Both the position numbers and the translations under genes were made by a program. From Stegostoma tigrinum (taxonomy: Eukaryota), in NCBI RefSeq assembly GCF_030684315.1, contig NC_081364.1, forward strand, positions 19,266,343 through 19,330,342: 64,000 bases of DNA, given 5' to 3'. Each line of letters opens with the position of its first letter. Within the stretch, counting starts at the first letter, position 1. Positions 62,690 through 64,000 of the stretch are shown one piece after another. The notes under the pieces were generated by a model that saw only the letters and a program-made list of their open reading frames with translations, was not told the DNA's origin and ran no database searches.

Positions 62690-63969
62690 GTGTGTATCTG
62701 CCACAATTACCTAACAAACAACCAAATTAGAGTTAAAATGCACATATTCCCTCATCTAATTTTTGTTTTATACTATTAGCGAGTAAGTTATTTCTTTGTA
62801 CCTGACCATTTTTTGGTCTTACTATTTTTCCTCTCAAATTTTAGTGACTTTGCCACTTATCATGCTTTGGGCTGTAGTCTTCACTGCATATAATGGATGC
62901 ACTTTTGTTTACAAAATTTGCCTATTACATGTGGTGAGGCAGTTAAAGTGCCTGAACTAAGCTGCTTGAGCTCTTCACTTTCTGATTGCCTCTTGCAGCT
63001 GTGAAGAGTGCAAACGACTAATGGGAGCTGCTGAAATCTCTGACAACTGTTCGCGCTATTAGTGAGGCCATGCTATTGATAGGACCAGGAGGAGATTACA
63101 GCTTGAGTACCACTAACAATCACACTTTCTGCTGCTGCTTCTTTTAACTCTATGCACCGTCAGAAGATGGTTAACATTCTTAAAAAATAAACGTCAAACG
63201 GATTTGACGTTTTGTCAATTTTGCATTGAATTGCTATTACTTTAAAAACTATTTGAAAGTAATACACACTGTGGCAATCTGGGAAATGCATTGCTACTTT
63301 CAGGTTTGAATAAAACATGATTTAGTATTGTGCTTCAGCCATGTTTTTGGTATGCATATTAAGTGTGAGGCACTTTAATACAGTTATTGTTCTACCACAC
63401 AAATTAGTTTTGAAAAAGATTACAAAGATGGCTGCACAGATTGATTTCTGAGCAACTGTTAAGTAAGTATGAACATTTTTCAATTTATTTTTGAGTATTT
63501 GAATGTTCGGACTCTTTCCAGTTTGGATTATTGAAGGATTATCTTGTTCAATAGTTCTAGCACATACATTCTCAATGCATAAACTAACTTTCCATATTTA
63601 CTTCTCACGAATTTAATTATGAATTAAATCCTCCAATGGTTAATAACAAACCTAAAGAAACAAAACTGATTGTTATGATATTTTTAAAGGATTTGATTCT
63701 ATTAATTGTAAACAGAAATTTAATTTTCAGTTCTTCATATTGAAACACTTCAAAAATTGTGGATTCGTTTGCAGAAAATAGCCAGGCTGCAAAATTATTT
63801 ATTCTTTTGATATTTCAGTTTAAACACAGCAAACTGTCATGAAAAATTCACCTTATTCCCTCTTTCACCATTCTCCCTCCTGCTCAGTCTATGTGGATGA
63901 TCAACCAGAGATTTAACAACCAGTGGCATTCGAATTTACTAATACACTTTCTGATACCTTCCTCTGTAG

Positions 63970-64000
63970 GACCATTGATGACGTGAAATATTTTGGAGAA
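63970..64000 (+). CDS. ITIH3-like heavy chain, next exon (truncated by the window end)
   Basis: Acceptor ccttcctctgtag|G, phase 2 completing ATG. TIDDVKYFGE matches the ITIH TIDG.TY.G pattern. Confidence 0.85.

Noticed and set aside
1-64000. CRISPR array, rRNA or prokaryotic operon-type system
   Set aside because: No regularly spaced direct repeats or rRNA similarity were seen. The sequence is intron-rich eukaryotic DNA.

Overview
AT-rich, repeat-dense vertebrate genomic DNA. The repeat content (HE1-like V-SINEs, many CR1 LINEs, Penelope-like elements) points to a cartilaginous fish, probably a shark; this is an inference. Three spliced genes were reconstructed by hand from GT-AG boundaries and phase matching. 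(1) A minus-strand gene with 5 coding exons (22376 to 12686, 358 aa) encodes an uncharacterised HAD-like protein resembling the si:dkey-32e6.3 family. (2) SURF6 lies on the plus strand (38239-44491, 4 coding exons, 345 aa) and diverges from gene 1. (3) The 5' part of an inter-alpha-trypsin inhibitor heavy chain gene (ITIH3-like) runs from 54780 to the window end and includes two candidate micro-exons. The most striking non-genic content is a set of Penelope-like retroelements (PLEs) from at least three families. They carry minimal hammerhead-ribozyme (HHR) motifs, show inverted-arm structures and 12-17 bp target-site duplications (TSDs), and have produced tiny (150-210 bp) non-coding palindromic derivatives. 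One young copy has five extra A residues exactly at the predicted ribozyme cleavage site. Two local templated inverted duplications lie in the ITIH intron. Most short ORFs in the supplied track are spurious or are repeat fragments. Boundaries of old repeats are approximate.
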